Positions 26,061 to 39,432 of a stretch of DNA of 64,000 bases are shown one piece after another. Position 1 is the stretch's first letter, and each line of letters starts with the position of its first letter. The position numbers were made by a program, and so were the translations under genes. Source of the stretch: Octopus bimaculoides (lineage: Eukaryota); contig NC_068987.1 of NCBI RefSeq assembly GCF_001194135.2, positions 1,086,437 through 1,150,436 of the forward strand, read 5' to 3'. The notes beneath the pieces were generated by a model. That model worked only from the letters and a program-made list of their open reading frames with translations. It was not told the DNA's origin and made no database searches.

Positions 26061-26626
26061 GTTTAATGGCAATTATTTACCTGGAGGCGTCTCTTATCAG
26101 AAATACCTGAAGATTTTTGATAGTTTATCGCACAGTCGTATGTGAATGTTCCTTAATTCATTATTCACTTTGCATCTAGCAATAAAATCAAATTGACCAA
26201 AGTTTTCTCGAGTCTTTCTTCGAACAGAGATAATCCCTTTTAGTTCTCATTCTTGCTATCCCTCTCTCTTACCGCCATCTATTGGCAAACGATAACGACA
26301 ATGCATTGGGACATTCAACGTCAAAAAGCCTGCAGCTTCAGGTTCTGCTAAATGTTCTTCAACATTAAGATTTCTCTTTGTCGTCATAATCATTCATTCA
26401 TAGAGTGTCTTGTTTAATATAAAAGCCTTCGATCATGCAGTCAGCTGTCTTTTTATTTTTATCTCACTCTCTCTCGCCCACAATTTCTTATATCTTTAAT
26501 CATGGATTATAATGAACGACTTACAAACGGATAAAATTGTAATTAAATTTTCGGACAGTAAACTTTTTAAAAATCCTTATTAATCAAGAAAGAATGCAGA
26601 GCCCGGGAAATTTCCAGGGGAACAGA

Positions 26627-26672
<46 letters not shown>

Positions 26673-26937
26673 CAGACCGACAGACGGACAGACAGAGGAA
26701 ATACTCTTTTACGTAGAACTCGCGAATGTTTGTTAAAACGTGGTCTCTGCTAAAGGTACGCAAGTTGTCAGGTGAGGATGCTCAACCGGATAACAGTTAC
26801 ATGTTCGGTGTTAGTTGCTAAGAGTCTGTTTCAGTCGTCCCATCTACGTGTATGGAATGCGCGCACACACACACACACACACACAGACTTGTTATCTTGA
26901 GAGTGTACGGCTGTATGCATTACGTACATGTATATGC

Positions 26938-26991
<54 letters not shown>

Positions 26992-28033
26992 GCGTGTGTC
27001 TCTGTGTGTATGTGAGTGTATACGTGCATGTGTATGTGCACATATATATATGCATACGTACAAGTATATGTGCATATATAATATATATTTAAACACCACA
27101 CACACGTAATTAAGTATATATATATACATGTGTAAATATATTATACATACAGGCACATATTTATGTCTGTCGGTATGAATTTATATGTGCATGTATGTAA
27201 ATGAGTATATATATGTGCATATATATATAAGTGCGAATATGTGTTTGTGTGTGTGCGTGGGGGGTGGGGGTGGCGAGTCATGCATGAAGGTGTTGCTACA
27301 GTTGTAAGTATTTAATAATCTGCCGAAGAAAATGAATGTTATCCCTGAAAGTAAACAAAATATTTAAAAAGAAGAACGAAAACAAAAACAACAAAAGCAA
27401 AAACAAAAAACGGGGAATTTGTAATAAACAATCTTCGATGATTTTCCTGTTTTCCGTTCATTTCCTGTGATTGCATCACCATCATCATCATCATCATCAT
27501 CATCGTCGTCGTCGTCGTCGTCGTCATCACCTCCACCACCACCACCACCACCACCACCACCATCATCATCATCGACATCATCATCGACATCATCATCGTC
27601 GTCGTCGTTGTCAGGGCCACCATCACCCGCCTTCCCTTTTCCTTCTCATTTCCTTTCCCCTCCCTCTCATTTTCATAATCGATCTATCTATTTAAATCTC
27701 CAGGGAACACTTCCCTTACGCGAACATTTCACCGAACAAATCTCTACCACAACCAAGAGCAGCGCAACATTAAAATGGAAAAACAAAACACAACAAAAAA
27801 ACAAAAAAATCATGATGACAATATCGTTAATAATAACAACAACAACTCCAAAAATATGATAATAATAATAATAATAATAAAAAAAAGTAGCAACAGCGAT
27901 CATAAGTTGCTACATTTAATATCAAAGACCCTTTTCTTGACGCGCTAATTGAATTTCCTCACAGTAAATGGAGCTGTTTTATGACAAAGTGCTGCCAACA
28001 GATTTAAAGAAGGCAAATAAAGGGGGAAAAAAG

Positions 28034-28093
<60 letters not shown>

Positions 28094-29256
28094 GGAGGAG
28101 GAGGAGAAGAAGAAGAAGGTGAAGGAGAAAAAAAGAAGAGAGGAAGAAGACGAAGAAGAAGAAGAACAGTAACGACAGTATAAATAATAATAATAGCAAT
28201 AAGAAGAACAACAACAGTAATAATAATAATGATGATGATGATGGTGGTGATGATAATAATAATAATAATAATGACAAGAAGTTGATGTGATGGAGTGATG
28301 AAGACAGAAGTGGCAAAGCGTGTGAAATGGTGAACAAAAAAAAAATATAAATTAAAATGTAACAATAGAAGTGAAGTTTGAAAGTGAAAGTCAAAATAAT
28401 CTAGGTGTGTGTGTGTGTGTGTGTGTGTGTACAGGTCCGTGTGTATGCGTATGCGTGTTTGTGTTTGTTCATGGGTGTGTCTAGGAGGACTGTATGTGCA
28501 CGTTTATGTGGTTATGAGTCTGTACGTGTGTGTGTGTATACATATATGCATGTGTTTGTGTTTAATGTGTGTGTTAGTGTGTACGTTTGACAGTGAGGTT
28601 GTATAAGGTTGAAGAAAGTGAAGATCGTGAGGTTTTGGATGGAAATGTGCCTCGAGATGTAGAAAAAGAAAAAAGAAAAGAAAAGATAAGGAAATAAACG
28701 AAGGAATAAAATAACGCAAAGATCATTGTGGATATATTTTGGCGGAGAAGGAGGGCGAGAAGGAAGAGGAGGAGAAGGAGGAGATGGAAAGAGAAGGGGT
28801 AGAGAGAGTGGAAAGGGAGACAAAGATAATGACAGAATAAGAGGAAGAAAGAGATAAAGAAGAAGGCGAGAGGAAAGGGGAGAGATAGAGGTGGGATAGA
28901 CAGGGGTTGGAAAGAGAGGGAAAGAAAGAAAGAAAGATAGAGAAAAGAGTGAGAAAGGAGAAGAAGTTATAGAGATATACACATACAATTAACAAGAAGC
29001 AATAATAATAATGATAATAATAATGATAATAATAATAACAGTAATAAAAGAGAAGAGAGGGATCAAACGTGAATAAACATTGTAAATGAGATAAGAGGAA
29101 ATTTTTGAGCAAAACGAAGACAGAAAATGATGGAAAATGAAGGAAATGTGTTTGGGAAAAAGACTTAACGAGAAACATAGCAAGGTAACACTTGACAAAA
29201 GACAAGCATTTTCATAGATGGATAGATGTATGTGTGCCTATGTATTCGTATGTATA

Positions 29257-29293
<37 letters not shown>

Positions 29294-29966
29294 GTATGTA
29301 TGTATATGTATATATATATATATATATGTNNNNNNNNNNNNNNNNNNNNNNNNNNNNNNNNNNNNNNNNNNNNNNNNNNNNNNNNNNNNNNNNNNNNNNN
29401 NNNNNNNNNNNNNNNNNNNNNNNNNNNNNNNNNNNNNNNNNNNNNNNNNNNNNNNNNNNNNNNNNNNNNNNNNNNNNNNNNNNNNNNNNNNNNNNNNNNN
29501 NNNNNNNNNNNNNNNNNNNNNNNNNNNNNNNNNNNNNNNNNNNNNNNNNNNNNNNNNNNNNNNNNNNNNNNNNNNNNNNNNNNNNNNNNNNNNNNNNNNN
29601 NNNNNNNNNNNNNNNNNNNNNNNNNNNNNNNNNNNNNNNNNNNNNNNNNNNNNNNNNNNNNNNNNNATATATATACATGCCACCACACATCGGGACATAA
29701 TCATTTTAATAGGAAGATATATACACGTGTTTGTGTGTGTGTGTGTGTATATGTATATATGTGTGTGTGTTTGTATGTATGTACATGCATGCATATATAT
29801 ACATGAATACCTAGATATGTATGCATGTACATGGAATATATGAAGCGGTGAAAGTTATTCAAAACTTAACAGCATTTGTGAAGTGTTTAAATGAATATAA
29901 CGAAAGAGTATATTAAGAGTATATATATGTGTGTGCCTGTGTGCGTGTGTGTGCATGGCTGACTAT

Positions 29967-30006
<40 letters not shown>

Positions 30007-31164
30007 ATATATAAATGGTAGNNNNNNNNNNTCAACAGGATATCGAAATTGTTACTTCAAACAGTTTGTTTCGTAATTTTCTTTTGAAGAATTCAGATTT
30101 TTGTTTTTTAAGTCATGACATTTTGCTTCAACAAAGACTTGATACATATTGGCTCTCATTACCCACCAGCACACACACACACACACTCACACACACACAC
30201 ACACACACACACTCTCTCACACACACACACACGTGCACACACTGGTACACATAACTAAGTATGCAAGCACACATTTCTATCACACACACAGACACACACA
30301 CACACAGACACACACACACAGACACACACACAGACACACACACACAGACACACACACAAACATACTCTCTCTCCTCTTTCCCCCTCTCTCCAACAGATAT
30401 GTGTGCGCGCGCTTGTACATACATACATACAAACATACATACATGTGTCTGTCTCTCTGTGATTCTATGTATGTGTGTGTGTCTTTGTGTGCGTGCGCGC
30501 GTGCTTCTGTATGTATGTATATGCGTGTGTGTATAAATATATATAAGCCTTAGAACAACGCAACTACATATGCATATATTCATACATACAAATATATATA
30601 CATGCATATATATATGTATATCTATGATATGTATATATGTATATCTATGATATGTATATATGTACGTGTGGGAATATATATANNNNNNNNNNNNNNNNNN
30701 NNNNNNNNNNNNNNNNNNNNNNNNNNNNNNNNNNNNNNNNNNNNNNNNNNNNNNNNNNNNNNNNNNNNNNNNNNNNNNNNNNNNNNNNNNNNNNNNNNNN
30801 NNNNNNNNNNNNNNNNNNNNNNNNNNNNNNNNNNNNNNNNNNNNNNNNNNNNNNNNNNNNNNNNNNNNNNNNNNNNNNNNNNNNNNNNNNNNNNNNNNNN
30901 NNNNNNNNNNNNNNNNNNNNNNNNNNNNNNNNNAAGCCAGGAACTTTCAGCACTCACTCGTATATGTATATATATGTGTCTGTGTGTGTGTGTGTGTGTG
31001 TGTGTCTGTGTGTTCATAAAAAGTGCACACCTTATTCTACAAAAAAAAAATAATAAATAACAAAACGTACATTCCCGCACTCGCATAAACAAAAAAATTA
31101 AATAAAATGAAAAATGGGTGTGGGTGGGGATTGAGAGATTTTGAACGACCGAAAACAGCCCAAC

Positions 31165-31359
31165 CTCGTTTTGACGTGAAATAATGCCCATTAGCGTATA
31201 AAGTGTTCTGTTGGCTGACACTGTTTGTAGGGCATTCTCTAACGAATTCTTGAAATTAAATACAGTTTTATCTGTGCAAGCGACCGATACGGTATGGAAA
31301 TGGTTATAACTCTTGATAGCGATATTACAACAATGGACGACAGTAGCATTCGTTGTCAC
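31165..31359 (-). CDS. Candidate internal exon, unknown protein (phase 0-0, 65 codons)
   Basis: Strong acceptor actttgtattcttttttatag|GTG, open frame VTTNATVVHCCNIAIKSYNHFHTVSVACTDKTVFNFKNSLENALQTVSANRTLYTLMGIISRQNE, and a weak donor GAG|gttggg. No homology recognised. Confidence 0.25.
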
Positions 31360-32293
31360 CTATAAAAAAGAATACAAAGTCATCTTGATTTTCGCTTATA
31401 GCAGTTTATCGTCTTTTCCGCTGTTTGTCGTGTGTGGCGGTGTTGTTATAAATGTGTTATAAATATATTTTTCATGGACGCAATGCTTTCGTCTTGACCT
31501 CTGTATTATATCACAGCGGACAAGAAACTGTGGATAATGTTGCTGCTTGCAATATAAATATTGTATGTGTGTTTATATATTATTTTATATCAGCAGTTAT
31601 ATGCAACAGTCGAGTGTCACCTGTCGGAGGACGGGAAACTTTGGAAATATAAATATACATATATATATATACCAAACGAACGATAATTGTCATTCCATTT
31701 ACATCTCATTGTTCGTCAACAATGTTTCCACTCCTCCTCCCTCTCTTCCCCTCTCCCTCCTCCACGTCATCACCCTCCTCCTTGTCCCCGTCGTCTCTCC
31801 TCCTTCTCCCTCTTTCTACCACCTCTCTCTTCTTCCTTCTCCTTCCTTCCCCCTTCTCCTTCTCCTTCCTTCGCCCTTCTTCCAACTCCCTACTTCTCTC
31901 TCCTCCCTCTTTCTTCCCCGCCTTCCTCTCTCTTCTCCTCCTCCCCTTCCTCCTCCTCTGTATCTATGATTCGTTGTCTCTCACTGAAGATATGTGAGTA
32001 ACGTTTTTTTCTTCATTGCCTGACACCAAGCCTAATATGTGCATCCAACTAACCAGCCAGCCAGCCAACTCATTCAAGTTTTGTACCAGCTGTTATTATG
32101 CAGTCTTCTGTATAACACGTGCACATACAGACATACGCATAAACTGTTGCACATGCAAACACACAGGTACTCTAATACGAATGTATGCATAAGTTTATAT
32201 ACGTATATGTATCTCTCCCCCTTTCTCTCTGTTTATCTATCCGCACACAGCCCCCCCCATATATATATATATATATACATANNNNNNNNNNCA

Positions 32294-32338
<45 letters not shown>

Positions 32339-32617
32339 ATACATATATAATAATAATAATAATAATGATAATAATAAGGGTTTAGGTAGAATCGGATACG
32401 TGAAAAGATATGCACCAGGAAGGGTTGGATAAATCTGTGGTCACCAATTATAGCTGATAAATATCAATTAGAGTATTCCGGTCGTGTACACAGAGAAAAC
32501 CAACCCTATGCGTATTTTGTGCCTAGGGGCTGATGGTTCTAAAGCACACCTTACATTGATTGTACGTTGTTGGTTCCTATGGTAATGGTTATACACACAC
32601 GCGCACACACACACACG

Positions 32618-32668
<51 letters not shown>

Positions 32669-33783
32669 NNNNNNNNNNNNNNNNNNNNNNNNNNNNNNNN
32701 NNNNNNNNNNNNNNNNNNNNNNNNNNNNNNNNNNNNNNNNNNNNNNNNNNNNNNNNNNNNNNNNNNNNNNNNNNNNNNNNNNNNNNNNNNNNNNNNNNNN
32801 NNNNNNNNNNNNNNNNNNNNNNNNNNNNNNNNNNNNNNNNNNNNNNNNNNNNNNNNNNNNNNNNNNNNNNNNNNNNNNNNNNNNNNNNNNNNNNNNNNNN
32901 NNNNNNNNNNNNNNNNNNNNNNNNNNNNNNNNNNNNNNNNNNNNNNNNNNNNNNNNNNNNNNNNNNNNNNNNNNNNNNNNATATATATATATATATATAT
33001 ATACATGTACGATTGAAACCAGTAAAAGAGTAAATAGAATATATATATATATACATATAAGTTAAAGAGACATATAATAACTGCACAAAAAATGGAAAAC
33101 AGACACGGAAGTTCACCAAATGCTCATCATTTATCGACGAGAGTGTCAAACGCAATTTCACACCTTAGACCCTGTATATGTGCATTTATAACAAATGCAC
33201 ATATGTATTTTTACCTTACTAATTAATGGAACTCTGCGTAACCCATGTTCAGGGCAGTGCACCAGCATGGCCACAGTGTAAGACAAGAAAAAGAAATAAA
33301 TTAAGAACTGATCTGTTTCGAAATTCAAATGGCAGCGGTGTAAGTTATGCGAGTCTGTTTTGGTTACTGTTTCTTGCAAAAAAGAAAAAAAAAACCTCAT
33401 AGAGACTCCTTGCTTTATTGCTGCATTGATTTTTCATCATTTAATATGTCAAGTTAGTTCAAGTCGACACATAGCCGTCATTTCTTGGCAAACGGCCACG
33501 AGGAGACTCAAGAGAATGTCTCTGTCAGTTAATTCATACAGAATATTATGTATTTTCATATCTTTGTATACTATTTTAAATACATAATGTATATTCATGT
33601 GAGTATATGTGTGTTTCTAACCTATCTGTGAATGAGTGTGTAGTAGTGTGCATGCGCGCGCAGTTAAAATGACTGTGCTACGATGTAATTGCTTCAGTTT
33701 GAAGAGGCGGTCTCCAAAGATAAGGTCACGCGGCAGACACGCGCCAAACACATTTATATACGTACGTACACGCATGTGTGTAT

Positions 33784-33846
<63 letters not shown>

Positions 33847-33860
33847 CATATATATTCTCT

Positions 33861-34030
33861 GCGGAAATGCTGGAGAACCGCCTTTAGTCACGCAAATTGG
33901 CCCCAGAACTTACTTTGTAAGCCTAGTACTTATTCTATCGCTCTCCTTTGCCGAACCGCTAATTCACGGGGAAGCATCGGTTGTCAACCGATGTTGAGGA
34001 GACAGACACAGAAACACACACACACACACA
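33861..34030 (-). mobile_element. SINE family C, 3' half only
   Basis: The reverse complement matches the post-microsatellite half of the 18621 copy (gcggttcggcaaaggagagcgatagaataagtactagg...). It contains a perfect 9-bp hairpin, catcggttg-t-caaccgatg (33975-33993). Confidence 0.85.
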
Positions 34031-34036
34031 TAAACG

Positions 34037-34072
<36 letters not shown>

Positions 34073-34102
34073 TATATATATATATATACCTATGCATGTA
34101 TA

Positions 34103-34283
34103 GGCGCAGGAGTGGCTCCTTGGCACAGAAATGGCTGTGTGGTAAGTAGCTTGCTTACCAACTACATGGCTCCGGGTTCAGTCCCACTGCGTGGCACCTT
34201 GGGCATATGCTTTCTACTATAGCCTCGGGCCGACCACACCCTTGTGAGTGGATTTGGTAACCGGAAATAGAAAGAAGCCCGTC
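34103..34283 (+). mobile_element. SINE family C, 5' half with duplicated start
   Basis: A-box TGGCTGTGTGG (34132-34142), B-box GGGTTCAGTCCC (34174-34185) and CORE-like accttgggca (34196-34205). The start is duplicated (ggcgcaggagtggct ... gcacagaaatggct). The copy runs into (TA)/(GT)n. Confidence 0.9.
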
Positions 34284-34824
34284 ATATATATGTATGCGTG
34301 TATGTGTGTGTGTGTGGGGGGTGTGAGTACATGTGTGTGTAGTATGTGATTGTGAATTAATGTAATCACAATCTAAGACACCCTTTTCCAAAGTTTTCAG
34401 ATTTTCAAGACTTCAGATTTAACCGAAATGAGATTTGGTTTCTATTTCAAGCAAGCTGGCCGACTCTATAGCGACTGTCATCTGGTCAAGAGAGGGGACA
34501 ATGAGTGCAACTATGAACCCTTTCAGGACTTCCGTGGCCGGCGTAGTGGAGAGAGTGATGTTATCCTCACACTGGAGACTTGGCCAAACTACTGGCGTCC
34601 CAAAGATGGGTTGGGTTAAAATGGACACTCCTTAATGAAATTAAACGACTAAAATAAAATGAATAAATAAACAATGGTCAGTCACGTGTTTCCTCATAAA
34701 CTGAGTTTTCTGGCTTGAATCGACAGTATTATAATATCCGAGATCCAACTGATTACACAGCAAGTCCAAAGCGCGAAACTTTATCCAACTACGTCTGAAA
34801 CCAACGACGTATAATTAATGTGGT

Positions 34825-34925
34825 AACTTGACCGTTCTAGATATAGCAGTCAAATTCTCTATCCAACCACACACTCAGTCTTAAGCAACAGAAGATTACG
34901 TTAGATATTGTAGTTCTAGATACAT
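34825..34925. mobile_element. Dispersed repeat family D fragment (opposite orientation to the 36625 and 46500 copies)
   Basis: ctagatatagcagtcaaat is the reverse complement of the ctgctatttctag motif seen at 11550, 36747 and 46651 (a similar motif is at 34437). Confidence 0.55.
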
Positions 34926-35339
34926 AATGACTGAATAAATTATTGTATGACAATATTTGGGCATATATTATTTGTGTGATATACATAAATGCATGTATTT
35001 ATACACATACATGTGCGCGAGCGCATGTTTATGTGTTTATGTGAAATATATATATTTTTAATCAACAAAAGTTATGAAAGTGACTCAAGGGACAATATAT
35101 ATATACGTATATGCATGAATGTATATATATGTAGATACAGATACTGGAAAATATGGTACATTCTGGAATGCTCAAGTAAGAATTAGTATTGAAAAATCAC
35201 GTGATAATCAGTTACATTCGAGAATCTACATGTGAAGCCACAACAATAAACAAAACAAAAATTATATTCATACACACACATATGTGCACTTATATGCGAG
35301 GAAATAGAGTACACACACACACACACACANNNNNNNNNN

Positions 35340-35377
<38 letters not shown>

Positions 35378-35600
35378 TATAATGTTTACGAACATATATT
35401 ATATATAGGTTTCTTCTATATCTCGCTAATTAGTTAAAAAGCTATCTTTCAATCTATCCGCCAGTTTCCCATCGTCGTGCAATGAACCATTCATATATTC
35501 ATGTTCATACATACATCTATATTTATATATTTATATCTCAAGTCAAACCCTATCTCCCCTGACTATGAGTATGTATCGATCTCAAAACTAATCCCCCACC

Positions 35601-35636
<36 letters not shown>

Positions 35637-36624
35637 CATTTACATATATCTCTATTTGTCACTTTTTCTCAACTCATATTTTCCTTCACTTCTCTCTCGT
35701 TATATGTTTAATGTGTACTCGTGCTCCAGTAAATATAAGTGCAAAATATTTTTTATCATTTAAAGCACGGTGCAATTAGTAACTGCAAACAGTAGGCTGT
35801 TGGGTAAGATGTCAATTGTGAACTTTAATAAGCTTCAGATGCTAACAAGTTGAAATCAGGACGATAACATAGCAGAGTGGATAGGAACACAAAGAAGATA
35901 ATCATCTTTACCCAGAAGGAAAATGTCTCTTTTAATTAAAATATCCACACATTTTCTTATCATCTCCATTATATCTACCGTTGGAGTTTATACAGCTATC
36001 ATTGTTATTCACTGAGTGAAACTTGACGGAAATGTTCTATGAATATGCTATGTGAACAGTGACAAATTGGATATGTTCGCCATTTGTCAAAGATGTGCAA
36101 AGCGCCATGTTTGTATCCAGTCAATACATTCATATTGATCAGTTGAATTGATTCCGTTTTCTCAATCGGATATCTCCGCACTGTTTACGTAAATNNNNNN
36201 NNNNNNNNNNNNNNNNNNNNNNNNNNNNNNNNNNNNNNNNNNNNNNNNNNNNNNNNNNNNNNNNNNNNNNNNNNNNNNNNNNNNNNNNNNNNNNNNNNNN
36301 NNNNNNNNNNNNNNNNNNNNNNNNNNNNNNNNNNNNNNNNNNNNNNNNNNNNNNNNNNNNNNNNNNNNNNNNNNNNNNNNNNNNNNNNNNNNNNNNNNNN
36401 NNNNNNNNNNNNNNNNNNNNNNNNNNNNNNNNNNNNNNNNNNNNNTATATATATATATATATATGCATCCATGCATACAACTATATACTTATATAGGTAT
36501 ATGCAATCATATGTATTTTATGCATGTACTCCAGCATGGCCACACTCAGTTTGCCGGATTCATGTGAAGCTGACGATCGTCCTGATGCGACCGTTTATTT
36601 GTGAGCCTGTAATTCTTGTTATTG

Positions 36625-36770
36625 CTTTTGTTCAACCTTGATCCCACTGACTTCTGATCAAAGACATTCTAAGTGTGACCTCCACATAATTAACTTCGAG
36701 ACTCTTTAGTCCAATGTATTATATTATTTTGATATGAGGGAAATCAGGCTGCTACTTCTAGTAGACTAAC
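36625..36770. mobile_element. Dispersed repeat family D fragment
   Basis: gacttctgatcaaagacattc...ggctgctacttctagtag aligns with gacctatgataagaagaattc...gtgctacttctagtag at 46500-46680. Confidence 0.6.
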
Positions 36771-37339
36771 TGATATGTTTATTCATTGTCTCAGAGCCGA
36801 TGATTATAGTCTATCGACGAGAGGATCTCCTTTAGTCACTTCGATGGCACCGCCTTGGAAACAAGGGTTCGAATACTTGGCCAAATTTTTAGAAAAACCA
36901 AAAGTCCGGAAGAAGATGCAAAATGCAAATGTTATTATTCCATAACGTGACAGTGACGATCGATATTTAATCGAAGCAAGGAGACTAACCTTCGATTGGT
37001 TTTCAAGGGTGGTATCCCTTAAGAAAAGTGTAATCATTTTTGGGTAACGGTGCGAGGTTTGAACGCAGAATACACATAAAGAGGATAGGCCATCCGTGGC
37101 ATCCCGTTTGACGCTCCAACAAATTTGGTCAGTCCGATATATACACAAATATGTATAACGAAAGAGCATATTAAGACTAAATATATATGTGGGGTATGTG
37201 TGGTATGTGTGTGTGCGTGTGAGTGTAAATGGTAGAATGAAGTCCAACAGGATATTGAAATGTTTACTTCAAACCGTTACATTTTATAACAACGAATGAA
37301 CACAGAGTTCAGTACACGTCATACAGCTTATACGTGTGT

Positions 37340-37421
37340 GGGCGCGTGTGCATGTGTGTGTGTGTGTGGGCGCGTGTGCATGTGTGTGTGTGTGTGGGCG
37401 CGTGTGCATGTGTGTGTGTGT
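37340..37421. repeat. 28-bp minisatellite x3 (gggcgcgtgtgcatgtgtgtgtgtgtgt)
   Basis: Units start at 37340, 37368 and 37396. Confidence 0.9.
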
Positions 37422-37623
37422 AGGAGTCCTTAGAGCTTCTTGAATCGTTACTCTGAGTTTCCCTTTGCTATTTACTCGAAAAAGAGTTGACCAGTCTAAA
37501 CGCACACACAGAGGCATGTCCTCACACGTGTTTATCGTCTAAACACACTGACAATACTACAATGAAAGAGTCATAAATACCCACCTACGCACAGACACAA
37601 ACACATCTACAACGACGAACACG

Positions 37624-37704
<81 letters not shown>

Positions 37705-37864
37705 GTAAACACATCAACACACATAAACCTGTTCAATGTACAATATTATGATATTCAGAAGCTCTGAGACATTTTGTTTTAAATGGAGCCGAGAAGTAAC
37801 ACTTCCGGTACAAACTTCCTTTGTTTGTAAAATTAGTTTCACAATACCAGCTGCCATAATTAAT

Positions 37865-37975
37865 AGCGCTGGATGTCGTAGAATCGGATGATAAACGCAA
37901 CATGTCTATGTACTTTATGTTGTGAGTTCAAGTTCTGCCAAGGTCGATTTTATCTTTCATCCTTAAAAATGCACT
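37865..37975 (+). mobile_element. SINE family A, degenerate 5' part
   Basis: gtgagttcaagttctgccaaggtcgattttatctttcatcc matches the B-box region of family A. Confidence 0.55.
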
Positions 37976-38146
37976 ACTAATTAAATACCTTCTCTGTTGT
38001 ATTTGGCTCTTAATCTTTGTGAATATTTAATGACTCAGCAGGAGAGAGAAGAGTTCAAATCACCACTGAATGTTGGGACTCCAAAAACAAGAGAAGTGAT
38101 GCAATCGTTGGAGTATTCTGCCAGGGTATTAATAATATTTGCTTGT

Positions 38147-38360
38147 AAAGCGGTGAGCTGGCAGTATCGCTTGCACGTCGAGCCAAATGCTTGTCGGAAT
38201 CTTTTCTGTCTCTACGTTCAGTGTTCAAATTCTGCCGATGTTGACTGCTATTATAATTTCGGCGTCAATAAACCAATCGAGCACTAAGGTTCGATGTAAT
38301 CGTCTTACCTCTTCCTCCGAAAATACCGGCCTTGTGTCAAAACTTGAAAGCAATATTCTA
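38147..38360 (+). mobile_element. SINE family A, degenerate full-length-like copy
   Basis: gcggtgagctggcagtatcg...gttcaaattctgccgatgttgac...ccggccttgtgtcaaaacttgaaag is colinear with the reverse complement of 5619-5830. Confidence 0.75.
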
Positions 38361-38670
38361 TAGCTGTGACACATTATACGGTTGCCATCACAACAGGCAC
38401 AGACACCATTAAACTACGATCCATTCAAAGGCTTGACTCTAATATCTTCTGAAGAAAACTGCAAACAGTTCAATAACAACGACATATTCCGGAGAATGAT
38501 TTTCGTATATGCGTTGGTTTGTTTGCATTCACACACACACACACATATTCACAAACAAGCATACGCAACCACAAACGCACGCGCGCACACACAAACTCAC
38601 ACAACCTGTCATATGTGAATAGAGTAAAGACTCTTCATTGGAGGGTGGTCCATGTGACTACATCAATCAG

Positions 38671-38745
38671 CAATCATCGATCACCAATCATCAATCACCA
38701 ATCATCGATCAACTTCAGAGATTGACATCAGAGATTGACTTCAGA
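38671..38745. repeat. Two adjacent short tandem arrays (14 bp x3, then 13 bp x2.5)
   Basis: caatcatcgatcac x3 (38671-38712), then cttcagagattga / catcagagattga / cttcaga. Confidence 0.85.
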
Positions 38746-38821
38746 TAAACATTCTGGTTCAACGAAAAATCGATTCTGAAGTTTTATGAAATGATCTCCC
38801 TTTTTCGTTGAGAGACTCTAA

Positions 38822-39040
38822 TTATCTTTTCTACTCTAAGCACAAGGCCCGAAATTTTGTGGGAGAAAGCCAGTCCCTTAGATCAACCCCAGTACTCAAC
38901 TGGTACTTAATTTATCGACCCCCGAAAGAATGAAAGGCAAAGTCGACTCGGCGGAATTTGAACTCAGAACGTAGAGACAGACGAAATACCGCTAAGCATT
39001 TCACCCGGCGTGCTAACGATTCTGCCAGCTCAACGCCTTA
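38822..39040 (-). mobile_element. tRNA-derived SINE family A, near full length
   Basis: Colinear with 5619-5830 over the whole length, with A-box-like and B-box-like motifs present. Confidence 0.9.
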
Positions 39041-39200
39041 AGAGAGACTCTAATAATGCCATTAGTTTATACTTTTTTTGCTAAATTCTGCCTAAGAAAC
39101 ACATTTCAGTTCTGTAAAAATGTGTTGCATTCACCATTGAATACATGAACATCTCTTAACTCATCTGAATTTATGGCATTGTATCCGTTCAGTTATTTAC

Positions 39201-39432
39201 CTTAATTTAAACTGATGCAAATCTTTCCAATACTCGTTCTTTTCTTCTGAGATTAAAATGAATCTATTCCACACTAAATAGTTTATAACTGGGCTAGTCC
39301 CATGGCTCAAAGCATATCCCCTGATCATCGACCGTGCGTCTTCTTTATCAGAGTTTAACTGGGGACAGACCTCTTCATCATCAGCAGTTTGAAGGGACAA
39401 CGTGAGATACTTTATGCAGAGCTCTACACTTG
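39201..39432 (-). CDS. Candidate exon, unknown protein (phase 1-2)
   Basis: Lies inside ORF 39197-39496. Acceptor ttgttgtttctag|CA, donor TTAAG|gtaaat, and translation SVELCIKYLTLSLQTADDEEVCPQLNSDKEDARSMIRGYALSHGTSPVINYLVWNRFILISEEKNEYWKDLHQFKL. No family recognised. Confidence 0.25.

Noticed and set aside
26273-26393. Minus-strand LNVPMHCRYRLPIDG with donor G|gtaaga, reminiscent of the PIG-X PxHxRY motif
   Set aside because: No polypyrimidine acceptor, an in-frame stop just upstream, and spacing to upstream PIG-X motifs that does not fit.
25981-30557. Shared 17-mer atataagccttagaaca at 25983 and 30541
   Set aside because: It is AT-rich and the flanks do not extend, so it is compatible with chance.
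34419-34635. Three overlapping 63-69 aa ORFs in a GC-richer patch
   Set aside because: Locally higher GC lowers stop frequency. The patch overlaps a repeat fragment and no peptide is recognisable.
36804-37247. 147-aa minus-strand ORF
   Set aside because: It starts in microsatellite-derived sequence, has no splice support and shows no recognisable homology.
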